42,306 bases of DNA, from the IMG/VR virus record IMGVR_UViG_2617271049_000012. The stretch is one strand, 5' to 3'. The notes under the pieces were generated by a model, which saw only the letters and a program-made list of their open reading frames with translations, made no database searches and was not told the DNA's origin. This DNA comes from a virus (taxonomy: Duplodnaviria; Heunggongvirae; Uroviricota; Caudoviricetes). This document shows positions 9,019 to 18,353 of this stretch, piece by piece; the first letter of the stretch is position 1, and every line of letters starts with the position of its first letter. The translations under genes and the position numbers were made by a program.

Positions 9019-10906
9019 TGCAGCCGGTGCGATAGCAACAGGGCTTGTATCTCTCAATATTCCGGTACCACTGACGACAGTTCAGTGGGCTGATCAGCAT
9101 TATTATCTGCCAAAAGAGTCTTCATATACTCCCGGGCAATGGGAAACACTGCCGTTTCAGGTTGCCATCATGAACAGCATGGGGAATGACCGGATCCGCA
9201 CCGTTAATCTGATTAAATCGGCGCGTGTTGGTTACACCAAAATGCTGTTGGGGGTGGAGGCTTATTTTATTGAACACAAATCCCGTAACAGCCTGCTTTT
9301 TCAGCCGACAGATTCTGCGGCAGAAGATTTTATGAAATCCCATGTCGAACCAACGATAAGAGACGTTCCTGTATTACTGGAGCTGGCTCCGTGGTTTGGC
9401 AGAAAACATCGGGACAACACGCTTACCCTGAAACGTTTCTCCTCCGGTGTGGGATTCTGGTGTCTGGGCGGAGCTGCTGCCAAAAACTACCGTGAAAAAT
9501 CTGTGGATGTGGTCTGCTATGACGAACTCTCCTCGTTTGAACCGGATGTGGAAAAAGAAGGTTCACCAACTCTGCTTGGCGATAAGCGTATCGAAGGTTC
9601 GGTATGGCCTAAATCCATACGCGGCTCAACGCCCAAAATTAAAGGTTTTTGCCAGATTGAAAAAGCCGCGAACGAATCTGCACATTTTATGCGGTTTTAT
9701 GTGCCATGCCCTCATTGTGGTGAAGCCCAGTATCTGAAGTTTGGCGATGATGCGACAACCTTTGGCCTGAAGTGGGAGAAGGGCAAGCCGGAGACGGTGT
9801 ATTACCTGTGTGAACATAATGGCTGCGTGATCCGTCAGTCGGAACTTGACCAGACCGACGGGCGGTGGATTTGTGACAATACCGGGATGTGGACGCGTGA
9901 CGGTCTGACATTTTACAGCGCCGGTGATGAGGAAATCCCGCCACCGCGCTCAATCTCGTACCACATCTGGACGGCATACAGCCCGTTCACCACCTGGGTA
10001 CAGATTGTTTATGACTGGCTTGATGCACTGAAGGATCCGAATGGCGTCAAGACGTTCATTAACACCACGCTGGGGGAGCCTTATGAAGAGGCTGTGGCAG
10101 AAAAACTGAGCTTTGAGTTATTGCTGGAAAAAGTCTGCCACTATGATGCGCAGGTTCCCCTGCGGGTGGTTTACCTGACCGCAGGGATCGACTCTCAGAA
10201 AAACCGTTATGAGATTTATGTCTGGGGCTGGGCTCCTGGCGAAGAAGCTTTTCTGATTGACAAGCAGATCATCATGGGGAGACCGGAAGATGAGGACACC
10301 CTTAAACGCGTTGATGCCGTGATCCGGAAAAAATACCGTCATGCAGATGGCACTGAAATTTCCATTTCCCGCGTCTGCTGGGATACCGGTGGTATTGACC
10401 AGGACATTGTGTATCAGCGATCCAGAAAACACGGCACTTTTTTTGTGCTCCCCATCAAAGGGGCGTCGGTGTACGGCAAGCCGGTGATCACCATGCCAAA
10501 AAAGCGAAACCAGCGTGGGGTGTTTTTGTGTGAGGTGGGTTCCGATACCGTCAAGGAAATGCTGTATGCGCGTTTTGCCCTGCCGGTGGTATCTGCCAGT
10601 GAAGTCGCACCGTATACCTTCCGTTTTCCGGATAACCCGGACATTTTTTCTGATGTTGAAGCTAAACAACTCGTGGCAGAAGAGCTGGTTGAAAAAGTTG
10701 TGAACGGGCGGGTGAAACTCCAGTGGGATGCCAGAAAACGGCGTAATGAAGCTCTGGACTGTCTGGTGTATGCCTATGCAGCGCTGCGCATTTCCGTTCA
10801 GCGGTGGCAACTGGATCTGGATGCACTGGCCCGCGCCAGAAGAGATGAACAGGACGACGATGAAATGACTATTGAAGAAATCGCGGCTGCTCTGAGTGGA
10901 GGATAA
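8990..10906 (+). CDS. A: Terminase large subunit A
   Basis: About 639 aa, colinear with lambda gpA (HYYLPKES...WETLPFQ.AIMN.MG.D.IR.VN..KSARVGY.KMLLGV.AYFIEHK...VACPHCGE.QYLKFGD...). Confidence 0.95.
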
Positions 10907-10909
10907 GTG

Positions 10910-11119
10910 ATGATTTATACGCATGAAATGCTATGCGATGCCCGCCGGGCGTTACATGAACTGATGATCGGACGTGCTGTGGTTTCCGTCAGCAAGGACG
11001 GGCGTCAGGTTCAGTATTCGCGGGCGACAATTGGTGAACTGCGTCAGTATATTGAAGAGCTGGAAAGTGCGCTGGGTGTATCCGGACGGCGTCGTGGCCC
11101 GGCAGGAGTGGGGCTGTGA
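10910..11119 (+). CDS. W: Head-tail joining protein W
   Basis: About 69 aa; similar to lambda gpW (...AR.ALH.LM.G...V.V.KDGR.V.......L..YI.ELE.....RRRGPAG). Confidence 0.8.
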   Translation: MIYTHEMLCDARRALHELMIGRAVVSVSKDGRQVQYSRATIGELRQYIEELESALGVSGRRRGPAGVGL

Positions 11120-11928
11120 ACGGGGAACTGGTGGATATTCATGGGCAGCCTTTACGGCAAGGCATGGGATATTCTGGTGGTGGTTCCGGGTTCGGTGGGC
11201 AAATGGCAGAATGGCTGCCTGCACCGGAAAGTGCCGACGTGGCGCTCTTACCTTCCATTCATCTGGGTAACGCCCGCGCGGATGAGCTGGTCCGTAACAA
11301 CGGTATTGCATCGAATGCAGTGGAAATTCATAAGGATCATATTGTCGGGCACATGTTTCGTCTGAGTTACCGTCCCAACTGGCGCTGGCTGGGGATGTCG
11401 GAAGCAGATTCACATGCTTTTATTGAAGATGTTGAGGCGGCGTGGATGGAATACTGCGATCCGGTGTTTGGTACGATGGATGTGGAAGGGCGTCGTTCGT
11501 TTACCGAATTCATTCGTGAAGGGGTGGGGGTCCATACGTTTAACGGTGAAATTTTTGTCCAGCCCGTATGGGATGCGGAATCCACGTCATTATTCCGGAC
11601 GAAATTCAAAACCATCAGCCCGAAGCGTGTCAGTACACCCGGTTATGGTACCGGCGATCGTTTTATGCGTGCCGGGGTGGAAATAAACCGACACGGAAAA
11701 GCGCTGGCCTACCATGTTCAGGATGATGACTGGCCCGGCTACGGTGTCAGTAAATGGACACGAATTACGGCAACACTGCCTTCCGGACGACCGGGAATGA
11801 TCCATGTGTTTCAGCCACAGGAAGACGGGCAGACCCGCGGGGCCAACCAGTTTTATTCTGTAATGGAGCGTCTCAAGATGCTCGACACACTGCAGGCCAC
11901 GCAACTGCAGTCGGCGGTGGTTCGCGCC
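11116..11928 (+). CDS. B: Portal protein B, 5' portion (about 271 codons); gene interrupted by mobile element insertion
   Basis: Colinear with lambda gpB N-terminal half up to ...TQLQSAVVRA; after the junction the frame runs into 18 unrelated codons and a stop (ORF end 11982). Confidence 0.85.
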
Positions 11929-11930
11929 AT
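11924..11930. repeat. attL core (GCGCCAT), left copy of direct repeat
   Basis: Identical 7-mer at the right junction (22729..22735); flanking bases TTATG versus GTATG. Confidence 0.6.
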
Positions 11931-12059
11931 TTATGTCTATTATCTCCCCGTAGTTGTCGCCACCATTCATCAACTCCACTAAAACCCTTGATATGTCTGG
12001 AATGTCGTTTTTTGTATTTATGATGACCGTTCATTACCTTTCGTGTTTTTCGCGGTTTT

Positions 12060-12112
12060 GTGTATTGCAATGTGTATTGCAAGTTGGCGTTTGGATGGGG
12101 TGTGTATTGCAA
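12060..12112. repeat. Three direct copies of GTGTATTGCAA near attL, upstream of int (candidate arm-type or regulator binding sites)
   Basis: Copies at 12060-12070, 12072-12082 and 12102-12112; related copies near attR (22633..22654). Confidence 0.55.
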
Positions 12113-12131
12113 ATTGACGTGTAGGCTACAT

Positions 12132-13373
12132 ATGGCTATCGAGAATAAACTGACTGACAAACTTCTGAAAAGTCTTGCAGGTAAGCCGCAGGACAGACAA
12201 AAAATCATGGCTGATGGGCGGGGGCTATCTGTTCGTGTAAGCGTGGTTGGGGGAATTAGTTTCGTTTTTTACTATCGTATTGGCGGCAGGGATGCCCCTC
12301 CGGTATGGCTGACCCTTGGGCGTTATCCTGATATGTCTCTGGCAGCCGCCAGGAGATTACGCGACCAGTGCCGTGAATGGCTGGCGGAAAATCTGGATCC
12401 TCGCAGACAAATAAAACTTGTAGCTGAAAAAAACATGCGCCCTGTAACTGTAAGGGATGCGGTGCTTTACTGGTACGATAATCACGCCAGGACAGCCAGA
12501 AAGCAGCATGAGTATTTAATAAAAAGATTTGAAAAGCATATTTTTCCATATATCGGAGATATGGCTATAGAACAGTGCAAATTGCATACCTGGCTTACTG
12601 TATTTGACAGAATTAAAAAAAATGCTCCTGTTATGTCTGGTGCTATTTTTCTTGATATTAAACAGGCGTTACGTTTTTGCCGTATCAGGCAATACATTAG
12701 TTGCGATCCATTCGGTGATATTAACGTTAGTTATGTTGGACGTTCAGCAGGCATAAGGGATCGTGTTCTGAGTATTAATGAAGCCGCTGACGTATGGTCT
12801 TATGCCTATGGCAACAATTTACTTACCCTTTCATCAATACATAACCGAAGAATTATGGTTATCTGCCTGGTGTTTGGTTGCCGTCAGCAGGAGGCGCGGT
12901 TATCCACTTGGGAAGAATGGGATTTAAAAAACTGGATTTGGACAGTTCCAAAAGAGCACAGCAAGAACGGCGAGGTTATTGTAAGACCAGTCCCTGATGG
13001 AATAAAACAATGGGTTATTAATCTTTATGCGGAAACAAAGCACCGGGATTGTGTTATCGGTAGATCACTGAAGCGAGCGACAATAACAGGAGCAGCAAGC
13101 CGGATATGTAGGCGGCTAGGGCATGATGTAAATGGTCTGTGGTGCATACATGATTTCAGGCGTACATTTTCAACAATGCTTAACGATATGGGTGCCGATC
13201 CTTATATTGTAGAGCTTCTGCTTGGTCATAAAGTTAAAGGTGTGGCGGGTGTTTATAATAAAAGCAAGCATGTAAAGAAAAAACTTGAGGTTCTTAATAT
13301 GTGGGTTAATTACCTTAACACGATAGCCGGATTTAATAATAACGTTATTGAACTGAGTAAAGAGGTTGTTTGA
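12132..13373 (+). CDS. int: Tyrosine integrase, P4-type
   Basis: N-terminal P4-integrase-like region (LTDKLLKSL...KIMADGRGLSVRVSVVGGISFVFYYRIGGRD...WLTLGRYPDMSLAAARR) and C-terminal catalytic region (HDFRRTFSTMLNDMG...ELLLGHKV..VAGVYNKS); adjacent to attL. Confidence 0.9.
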   Translation: MAIENKLTDKLLKSLAGKPQDRQKIMADGRGLSVRVSVVGGISFVFYYRIGGRDAPPVWLTLGRYPDMSLAAARRLRDQCREWLAENLDPRRQIKLVAEKNMRPVTVRDAVLYWYDNHARTARKQHEYLIKRFEKHIFPYIGDMAIEQCKLHTWLTVFDRIKKNAPVMSGAIFLDIKQALRFCRIRQYISCDPFGDINVSYVGRSAGIRDRVLSINEAADVWSYAYGNNLLTLSSIHNRRIMVICLVFGCRQQEARLSTWEEWDLKNWIWTVPKEHSKNGEVIVRPVPDGIKQWVINLYAETKHRDCVIGRSLKRATITGAASRICRRLGHDVNGLWCIHDFRRTFSTMLNDMGADPYIVELLLGHKVKGVAGVYNKSKHVKKKLEVLNMWVNYLNTIAGFNNNVIELSKEVV

Positions 13374-13374
13374 T

Positions 13375-13632
13375 ATGTCAGTTTATTCACTTGTTGATGA
13401 AAAAGATTTTACTGCAATGCCGGATATTGATCGTGTCATTCGTGAAAAAGAATGCGTGGCACTTACTACGCTGGCAAATTCAACACGCTGGAAACTGGAA
13501 AAGACAGGTAAGTTCCCAAAACGTATTAAGATTGGTGAACGTGCCGCTGGCTATCGTCTCTCGGAGATTCAGGCGTGGATCCGTGGCGATTGGCACCCAG
13601 GATGGAAACCGGAAAAAACAAAACAGCAATAA
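13375..13632 (+). CDS. alpA: AlpA-family transcriptional regulator/excisionase
   Basis: Small HTH protein with AlpA-like motif (TGKFPKRIKIGERAAGYRLSEIQAWI); overlaps the int stop. Confidence 0.8.
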   Translation: MSVYSLVDEKDFTAMPDIDRVIREKECVALTTLANSTRWKLEKTGKFPKRIKIGERAAGYRLSEIQAWIRGDWHPGWKPEKTKQQ

Positions 13633-13648
13633 CCAGGAGATAAACACA

Positions 13649-13673
13649 GCCCCGCTCAATGCGGGGTTTTTTG
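13649..13673 (+). terminator. Rho-independent terminator
   Basis: CCCCGC-TCAAT-GCGGGG hairpin followed by TTTTTTG. Confidence 0.6.
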
Positions 13674-13691
13674 TATGTGAGGTAAAAAGCG

Positions 13692-14270
13692 ATGAATAAA
13701 AATATTGCCGTGACGGGCAAAGGTGACGCTCGTCTAGTGAAAAAATTCTGTGATATTCGTGATCTGGTCGTTCTGCGCTTTGATGGTGTGAACGTTCGCG
13801 TGGTGTATCTGAACGGCGATCCGTGGTTTGTTGCAGTTGACGTGTGCGCTGCGCTGGAAATTGTTGATCACAAGGTTGCGTTACGCCGTCTCGATGATGA
13901 TGAAAAGGGGGAGTGTTTAATACCCACCCTTGGCGGAAATCAAACAATGCGAACTGTATGCGAGTCAGGTTTCTACAAACTAATAGCCCGTAGCCGCAAA
14001 GCAACGACGCCTGGCACGTTCGCCCATCGTTTCAGTAACTGGGTATTCAGAAATGTGATACCGGGTATCAGAAAAACGGGGGCTTATGGTATCCCGTGGG
14101 GCGCATTACAGGATTTTTCCCGCCGTAAAGAGCAATATCAGATAAGTGCCAGCGAGAAGGGGAGGGAGCTACAGGCATGTAAGCGCAAAAAGCGTGAGCT
14201 GGAGGAAGAAGAAAAAAGGCTGATACGTGAATATCAGCCTGAGTTTTACTTTGGTGAGCGTATTCAGTAA
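13692..14270 (+). CDS. BRO-N domain protein (antirepressor-like)
   Basis: N-terminal Bro-N pattern (LRFDGVNVRVVYLNGDPWFVAVDVCAALEI...ESGFYKLIARSRKA); charged coiled-coil C-terminus. Confidence 0.75.
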   Translation: MNKNIAVTGKGDARLVKKFCDIRDLVVLRFDGVNVRVVYLNGDPWFVAVDVCAALEIVDHKVALRRLDDDEKGECLIPTLGGNQTMRTVCESGFYKLIARSRKATTPGTFAHRFSNWVFRNVIPGIRKTGAYGIPWGALQDFSRRKEQYQISASEKGRELQACKRKKRELEEEEKRLIREYQPEFYFGERIQ

Positions 14271-14552
14271 CCACTCGCAGTGCTGATTATACGGTACATC
14301 GTGTTAACCGGGAAGCTACCCACCAGCAAGGCAAAATCTTCTGCTAAAAAATGATATATGGTCAGCCGTCCGGAAAGCATGAAATTTTACAAAAATGGAA
14401 AATGAAGATTTTTATTGTGCTGGTGGGTAAAAACAAAAAGCGCCCCGTTGCCGGAGCGCCTTTGTGAACAATTAACCTACTGCGCAAAAAATGAATCTGA
14501 GCAGTGGGATTATATCAACCGTGTGACGAAGCGCCACAATTGCCGGATAACA

Positions 14553-14583
14553 GGCAAAACAAAGGCCACCCGCTACGGTGGCC
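14553..14583 (-). terminator. Rho-independent terminator for the minus-strand small-gene pair
   Basis: GGCCACC-CGCTAC-GGTGGCC hairpin with an A run on the + strand upstream (a U run on the minus-strand transcript). Confidence 0.5.
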
Positions 14584-14686
14584 CTTCAACACAAGCTACA
14601 CGTTATCCCCAACGCATGAGCATCACCAACAATGCCACATTTGCGGCTAGTGGGCAATGTGATCAGTGTGCTGGCTTGCTGGTGGG

Positions 14687-14884
14687 CTATTCCTGCTCTT
14701 TAGCATCGCCATGCTGCGATGTTTTCCAGGTATGCGATCCCATTTTTGTGCGCCTGTACTCTTTAAGGAACTTCTCAAGGACAAACGCACATGGTGCGAA
14801 TCTTTCCTGTTCTTGTTCGCTTACCGCGTTTTTGCGTTGTTTTTTCCTGGATGAGGATAATTTCTTTAATGATTTGTCAGTCAT
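14687..14884 (-). CDS. Small basic protein, paralog of the adjacent ribbon-helix-helix-like repressor
   Basis: 65-aa ORF between the RHH gene and a minus-strand terminator; shares ...SEQEQ...F.....FVLE... and the C-terminal AKEQE with 14942..15139. Confidence 0.4.
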   Translation of the reverse strand: MTDKSLKKLSSSRKKQRKNAVSEQEQERFAPCAFVLEKFLKEYRRTKMGSHTWKTSQHGDAKEQE

Positions 14885-14941
14885 CGTAGATACCTGTAAC
14901 CCAGTGCGCCACAGTTCACCGCACCACAGCGCTGGTGATGG

Positions 14942-15139
14942 TTACTCCTGCTCTTTGGCCTTCCGGCGCTGTTCATATTTTAATTTGCGTCCACAGGCAT
15001 CTAAGACCCATGCGGAAAAATTAGCACTAGGATTAGTTAATTTTTCTTGTTCAACACTGGCATCAATCCCATCTATAAGCTCGTGCGGGAATCGAATGTT
15101 TTTCTTTGCTGATTTGTTGTTTGTGTTTCCGCTAGACAT
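14942..15139 (-). CDS. Putative ribbon-helix-helix (Arc/Mnt-like) repressor
   Basis: 65 aa; N-terminal beta-strand-like KNIRFPHELIDGID; GAGGTG RBS 7 nt upstream of ATG; palindromic operators immediately upstream. Confidence 0.5.
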   Translation of the reverse strand: MSSGNTNNKSAKKNIRFPHELIDGIDASVEQEKLTNPSANFSAWVLDACGRKLKYEQRRKAKEQE

Positions 15140-15165
15140 TGGTACACCTCATTTAAATGGATTTG

Positions 15166-15246
15166 ATGGGCGCACACAATACAGCAAAAAAAGTGAGAAG
15201 TTAAGTATTGACATGTGCGCACACATAATTTTAATCTGTGCGCACA
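15166..15246. promoter_or_regulatory. Divergent control region with three palindromic operators TGTGCGCACA (one imperfect) overlapping a TTGACA -35 element
   Basis: Sites at 15168-15178 (GGGCGCACACA, imperfect), 15214-15223 and 15237-15246 (perfect 10-bp palindromes); TTGACA at 15208-15213. Confidence 0.65.
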
Positions 15247-15344
15247 GTTTGGGTTGCATTGCTCAAATTAAGCAACGCCCCGCAGTGCTCGCAACACATG
15301 CAGGGCGTCTAACCACCAACGATAGCAATAGTATCGAGGTAGCT

Positions 15345-15548
15345 ATGTTAAATCATACCACACACCCGCAAGGGCGGGACTCGCACAACCTGAATAAATA
15401 CATCTGGCGTTTTATCGCCCTGAGCACGGCACAGCCGCGCGTGATTACCATTGAGGCCACCAGCGAACAGGAAGCACGCCAGCAATCCCCGGCTGGCTGC
15501 GTGATGGTATTCGCCGCTCGTATTCGTCAGGAGGTGCGCCATGATTAA
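15345..15548 (+). CDS. Small satellite protein, possibly Icd-like (weak recollection only)
   Basis: First + strand ORF downstream of the operator region (MLNHTTHPQ...YIWRFIALSTAQPRVITIEATSEQEARQQ...); lies inside a spurious 377-aa track ORF. Confidence 0.4.
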   Translation: MLNHTTHPQGRDSHNLNKYIWRFIALSTAQPRVITIEATSEQEARQQSPAGCVMVFAARIRQEVRHD

Positions 15549-15753
15549 CCTGTCACTTACCGACCTTAACCGCATTCAGTTTCGTGAGAAATTTACCGGG
15601 CAGCTACTGGTCAATGTGGATAAAGGTCGCGTGGTGTGTAATTACCACCTGCCAGATGAAGCCATTGTCGCAACAAGGGAATCATTACAGGAACTCGCAG
15701 AACGTGCCGGAATGATTAACGCGAATATTCAGGGGGTGAGACATGTGCAATAA
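15541..15753 (+). CDS. Hypothetical small protein (70 aa)
   Basis: ATG overlapping upstream stop (ATGA); part of a tightly packed + strand operon. Confidence 0.45.
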   Translation: MINLSLTDLNRIQFREKFTGQLLVNVDKGRVVCNYHLPDEAIVATRESLQELAERAGMINANIQGVRHVQ

Positions 15754-15982
15754 CCCACGTCCGGACGCAGCCGCCGAAGCCATCAAAACGCTGATGCACG
15801 CGCTGATTGATATTTCATGCACGGCAGCAATCGCAGAAAAATACATTACCAGAGAGACGGAATATACAGGGGAAATAATCCCCCATTCGCTGGCCTACGC
15901 ACAGCTTACCGCTGATATGGCACTGAATGAGGCCAGGGCTATCCTGATTGCTGATTGTGAAAATGGGGGGGGTTATGCGTGA
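15743..15982 (+). CDS. Hypothetical small protein (79 aa)
   Basis: Overlapping-start operon member; no domain recognised. Confidence 0.4.
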   Translation: MCNNPRPDAAAEAIKTLMHALIDISCTAAIAEKYITRETEYTGEIIPHSLAYAQLTADMALNEARAILIADCENGGGYA

Positions 15983-16208
15983 TGATCGTTTTAATGCCCT
16001 GAAACAGGAATTTGATGGCGCACCGGAAGATACAGATATTGCGCTGTTATGTGTTGCTGACATGGTAAAAGCTGCATGTTTTTTACTGGAAACCGCCGAA
16101 CATTCAGGAACGGGTAGCGATATTCTCAATATTGCGTCGGACTATGCGGAATATGTGGCAGAGACGCGTTACAGAAGTAAATTCCCGGAGGGGGTGAGCC
16201 ATGCATGA
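15948..16208 (+). CDS. Hypothetical small acidic protein (start ambiguous: 15948, 15963 or 15975)
   Basis: Operon member; GGGGG RBS-like tract before ATG 15975. Confidence 0.4.
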   Translation: MLIVKMGGVMRDDRFNALKQEFDGAPEDTDIALLCVADMVKAACFLLETAEHSGTGSDILNIASDYAEYVAETRYRSKFPEGVSHA

Positions 16209-16434
16209 TATTTACAATGACACAGTAGACCATGCATACAGCGCACTTGCTTACAGTGAAAACATGCTTGAAATATTGCGCTTATGGCTTGAAACGCTTG
16301 GCGATAATGAAAGAGATAAACGCAACAGCAATATTGCAACAGCATTAATAACGCTTCTTGAGCCTGTAATAAATGAACTGCAAGAAATAGACATCTTGCA
16401 CGACAGATATAAAGAGCCACACACCGGAGAATAA
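16201..16434 (+). CDS. Hypothetical small protein (77 aa)
   Basis: ATG overlapping previous stop; operon member. Confidence 0.4.
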   Translation: MHDIYNDTVDHAYSALAYSENMLEILRLWLETLGDNERDKRNSNIATALITLLEPVINELQEIDILHDRYKEPHTGE

Positions 16435-16439
16435 AAACC

Positions 16440-16739
16440 ATGAAAAAGAAAAATTCTGGCTTTACTGCCAGCGGCCCCGCTCGGCCTGAAATCCGCCCCG
16501 GCGATATTTTCCGGGATAACTACGGCGGCACGGTAACGATTAAAAGTATTGCCGGACGGTGCGTTACTTACCGCCGTGATGGGTACAGCTACGACTGCGT
16601 GATGCCTGTTTATCAGTTCCGGCGTGATTTTTCTCTGGAACAGGCCGCACCACACAAACAGCCCACCAGCAACGCAAAGGCACGGGCGAACATTCAGAAA
16701 ATGAAAAACATGATTAACGCATTCAGGGGTAAAAAATGA
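16440..16739 (+). CDS. Hypothetical small basic protein (99 aa)
   Basis: Operon member directly upstream of rep; stop overlaps the rep start. Confidence 0.4.
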   Translation: MKKKNSGFTASGPARPEIRPGDIFRDNYGGTVTIKSIAGRCVTYRRDGYSYDCVMPVYQFRRDFSLEQAAPHKQPTSNAKARANIQKMKNMINAFRGKK

Positions 16740-18151
16740 AACTGGCACCGAACTTAAAAAAACAGCCGCACGACAAAATGACCGAAGTCATTATTTTTGC
16801 GGGTAGTGATGCCTGGGCGCACGCGAAACAATGGCAGGAGCAGGACGGGCGACTTGCTGGCGACAATGTTCCGCCTGTATGGCTTGGAGACAACCAGCTT
16901 GACGAACTGGCAGACCTGAAAATCATCGATGATGGTCGCTATTGTGTCCGGCTGTACAAGGCAGGCCACATCAAGCCGTCAAATATTAATGCCATCGGGC
17001 AAAAGCTGGCGGCGGCAGGTGTACGGGATGCGAATTATTACCCTGAGGGAATGCACAGCCAGAAGCTGGAGAACTGGCACGACTACCTGCAACGGATCCG
17101 CGAACAGACAGAGCGCGGGGAAATACTTACTGACGAGCAATACAGCCAGCGAAAAACCACGCTACCAATGAGCATTGGATCTGCAGGGTACGACACACAG
17201 CTTGATTATGTCGTTAAGGGCGTGATTCCGGCTAATTCATTGTGCAGCACATACGGCTCGAGCGGTTCCTATAAATCGTTCCTCGCGTGTTCCTGGGCGT
17301 GTCATGTTGCCACGGGTCGCCACTGGGGAGGCCGCAGGGTGGCGCATGGTTCGGTGATGTATGTCGTCGGTGAAGGGGGGATAGGTGTCCCCCGTCGTAT
17401 CAAGGCATGGGAAATCGTTAATGATGAACGGGTGGAAAATCTGTACCTGGTAAACCGCCCGATTTTTCCGGCAGTCCCGCTTGATGTCGATGAAATGGTC
17501 ATCGCTTCCCGCCAGGTTGAACGGGAAACGGGTAAACCGGTACGCATGATTATTCTGGATACGCTGGCGCGTTGCTTTGGCGGTAATGATGAAAATGACG
17601 CGCGGGATATGGGGGCGTTTATCCGTGGATGTGACGAACTGAAACGACGCACAGGGGCCACGGTGCTGGTGGTTCACCATTCCGGCAAGGATGAAACAAA
17701 GGGGGCGCGTGGTTCCAGTGCATTTCGTGCATCTCTGGACGCTGAATACCGTATTCGCCGTGAAGGTGCGGACAGTGAAGCCCTGGTTATCTCCTGCACC
17801 AAAATGAAGGACGCGGAGGAACTGAAAGAGGCTGCATATGATTTACGCGTGGTGGAGCTTTTTACCGACACTGACGGGGAGTTAATCACGTCGCTGGTGG
17901 TTGTGGATAAGCCGCGCCCACCTGTTGAACTGGAGCGCATCGAGGAGGCCGGGAACAAGACGGAGAATCATGCCGCGCTATGGCAGTGCATCAGAACGCG
18001 AACAGCACACGGGGAGGCGTGCACTATCGCCCTTCTCCGCGACGATATGAAAAAGCTGGGGTATGAAATGAAAAACTTCCGGCGCTGGCTGTACAAGCTG
18101 GAAAGCGACGGCGTAATCGCTATTGACGGTGATTATGTGCGCCCACTGTAA
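16736..18151 (+). CDS. Replication initiator/helicase (RepA-like RecA-fold ATPase with N-terminal extension)
   Basis: Walker A-like YGSSGSYKSF and Walker B-like RMIILDTLARCFGG; iteron array immediately downstream. Confidence 0.7.
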   Translation: MKLAPNLKKQPHDKMTEVIIFAGSDAWAHAKQWQEQDGRLAGDNVPPVWLGDNQLDELADLKIIDDGRYCVRLYKAGHIKPSNINAIGQKLAAAGVRDANYYPEGMHSQKLENWHDYLQRIREQTERGEILTDEQYSQRKTTLPMSIGSAGYDTQLDYVVKGVIPANSLCSTYGSSGSYKSFLACSWACHVATGRHWGGRRVAHGSVMYVVGEGGIGVPRRIKAWEIVNDERVENLYLVNRPIFPAVPLDVDEMVIASRQVERETGKPVRMIILDTLARCFGGNDENDARDMGAFIRGCDELKRRTGATVLVVHHSGKDETKGARGSSAFRASLDAEYRIRREGADSEALVISCTKMKDAEELKEAAYDLRVVELFTDTDGELITSLVVVDKPRPPVELERIEEAGNKTENHAALWQCIRTRTAHGEACTIALLRDDMKKLGYEMKNFRRWLYKLESDGVIAIDGDYVRPL

Positions 18152-18353
18152 AAAGTGAGGAGCAAAAGTGAGGATAGCGGGTAATTTAACAAAAAATCAG
18201 CGCTACTCCTCACTTTCTCACCTGTATATAGGTCAAAAAGTGAGGAATAAAAAATACATTGCAAAACAACGCATTACAGAAGAAAAAAAACAGGTGAGGA
18301 GCAGGACGGGAATAACAAAAAGTGAGGAATAAAAGTGAGTAGAGGTGAGGAAT
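18150..18353. repeat. Iteron array (about 8 copies of AAAGTGAGGA in both orientations): putative satellite replication origin
   Basis: Copies at about 18153, 18165, 18207 (inverted), 18236, 18291, 18318, 18331 and 18343, within AT-rich DNA 3' of rep. Confidence 0.7.

Noticed and set aside
10118-10924. 268-aa minus-strand ORF
   Set aside because: Antisense to the well-supported terminase large subunit gene A; a typical shadow ORF.
11929-11982. 18-codon extension of the portal N-terminal ORF into the island
   Set aside because: Junction read-through (IYVYYLPVVVATIHQLH) with no homology to portal; a consequence of the insertion rather than a gene.
14415-15548. 377-aa + strand ORF spanning the satellite control region
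   Set aside because: Cys/Ser-rich implausible composition; overlaps two minus-strand small genes with RBSs, a terminator and the operator palindromes. Only its last 67 codons (15345..15548) are kept as a possible gene.
18150-18353. Repeat array considered as a possible CRISPR array
   Set aside because: Repeats are only about 10 bp, irregularly spaced, in both orientations and directly follow a replicase gene; these are iterons, not CRISPR repeats.
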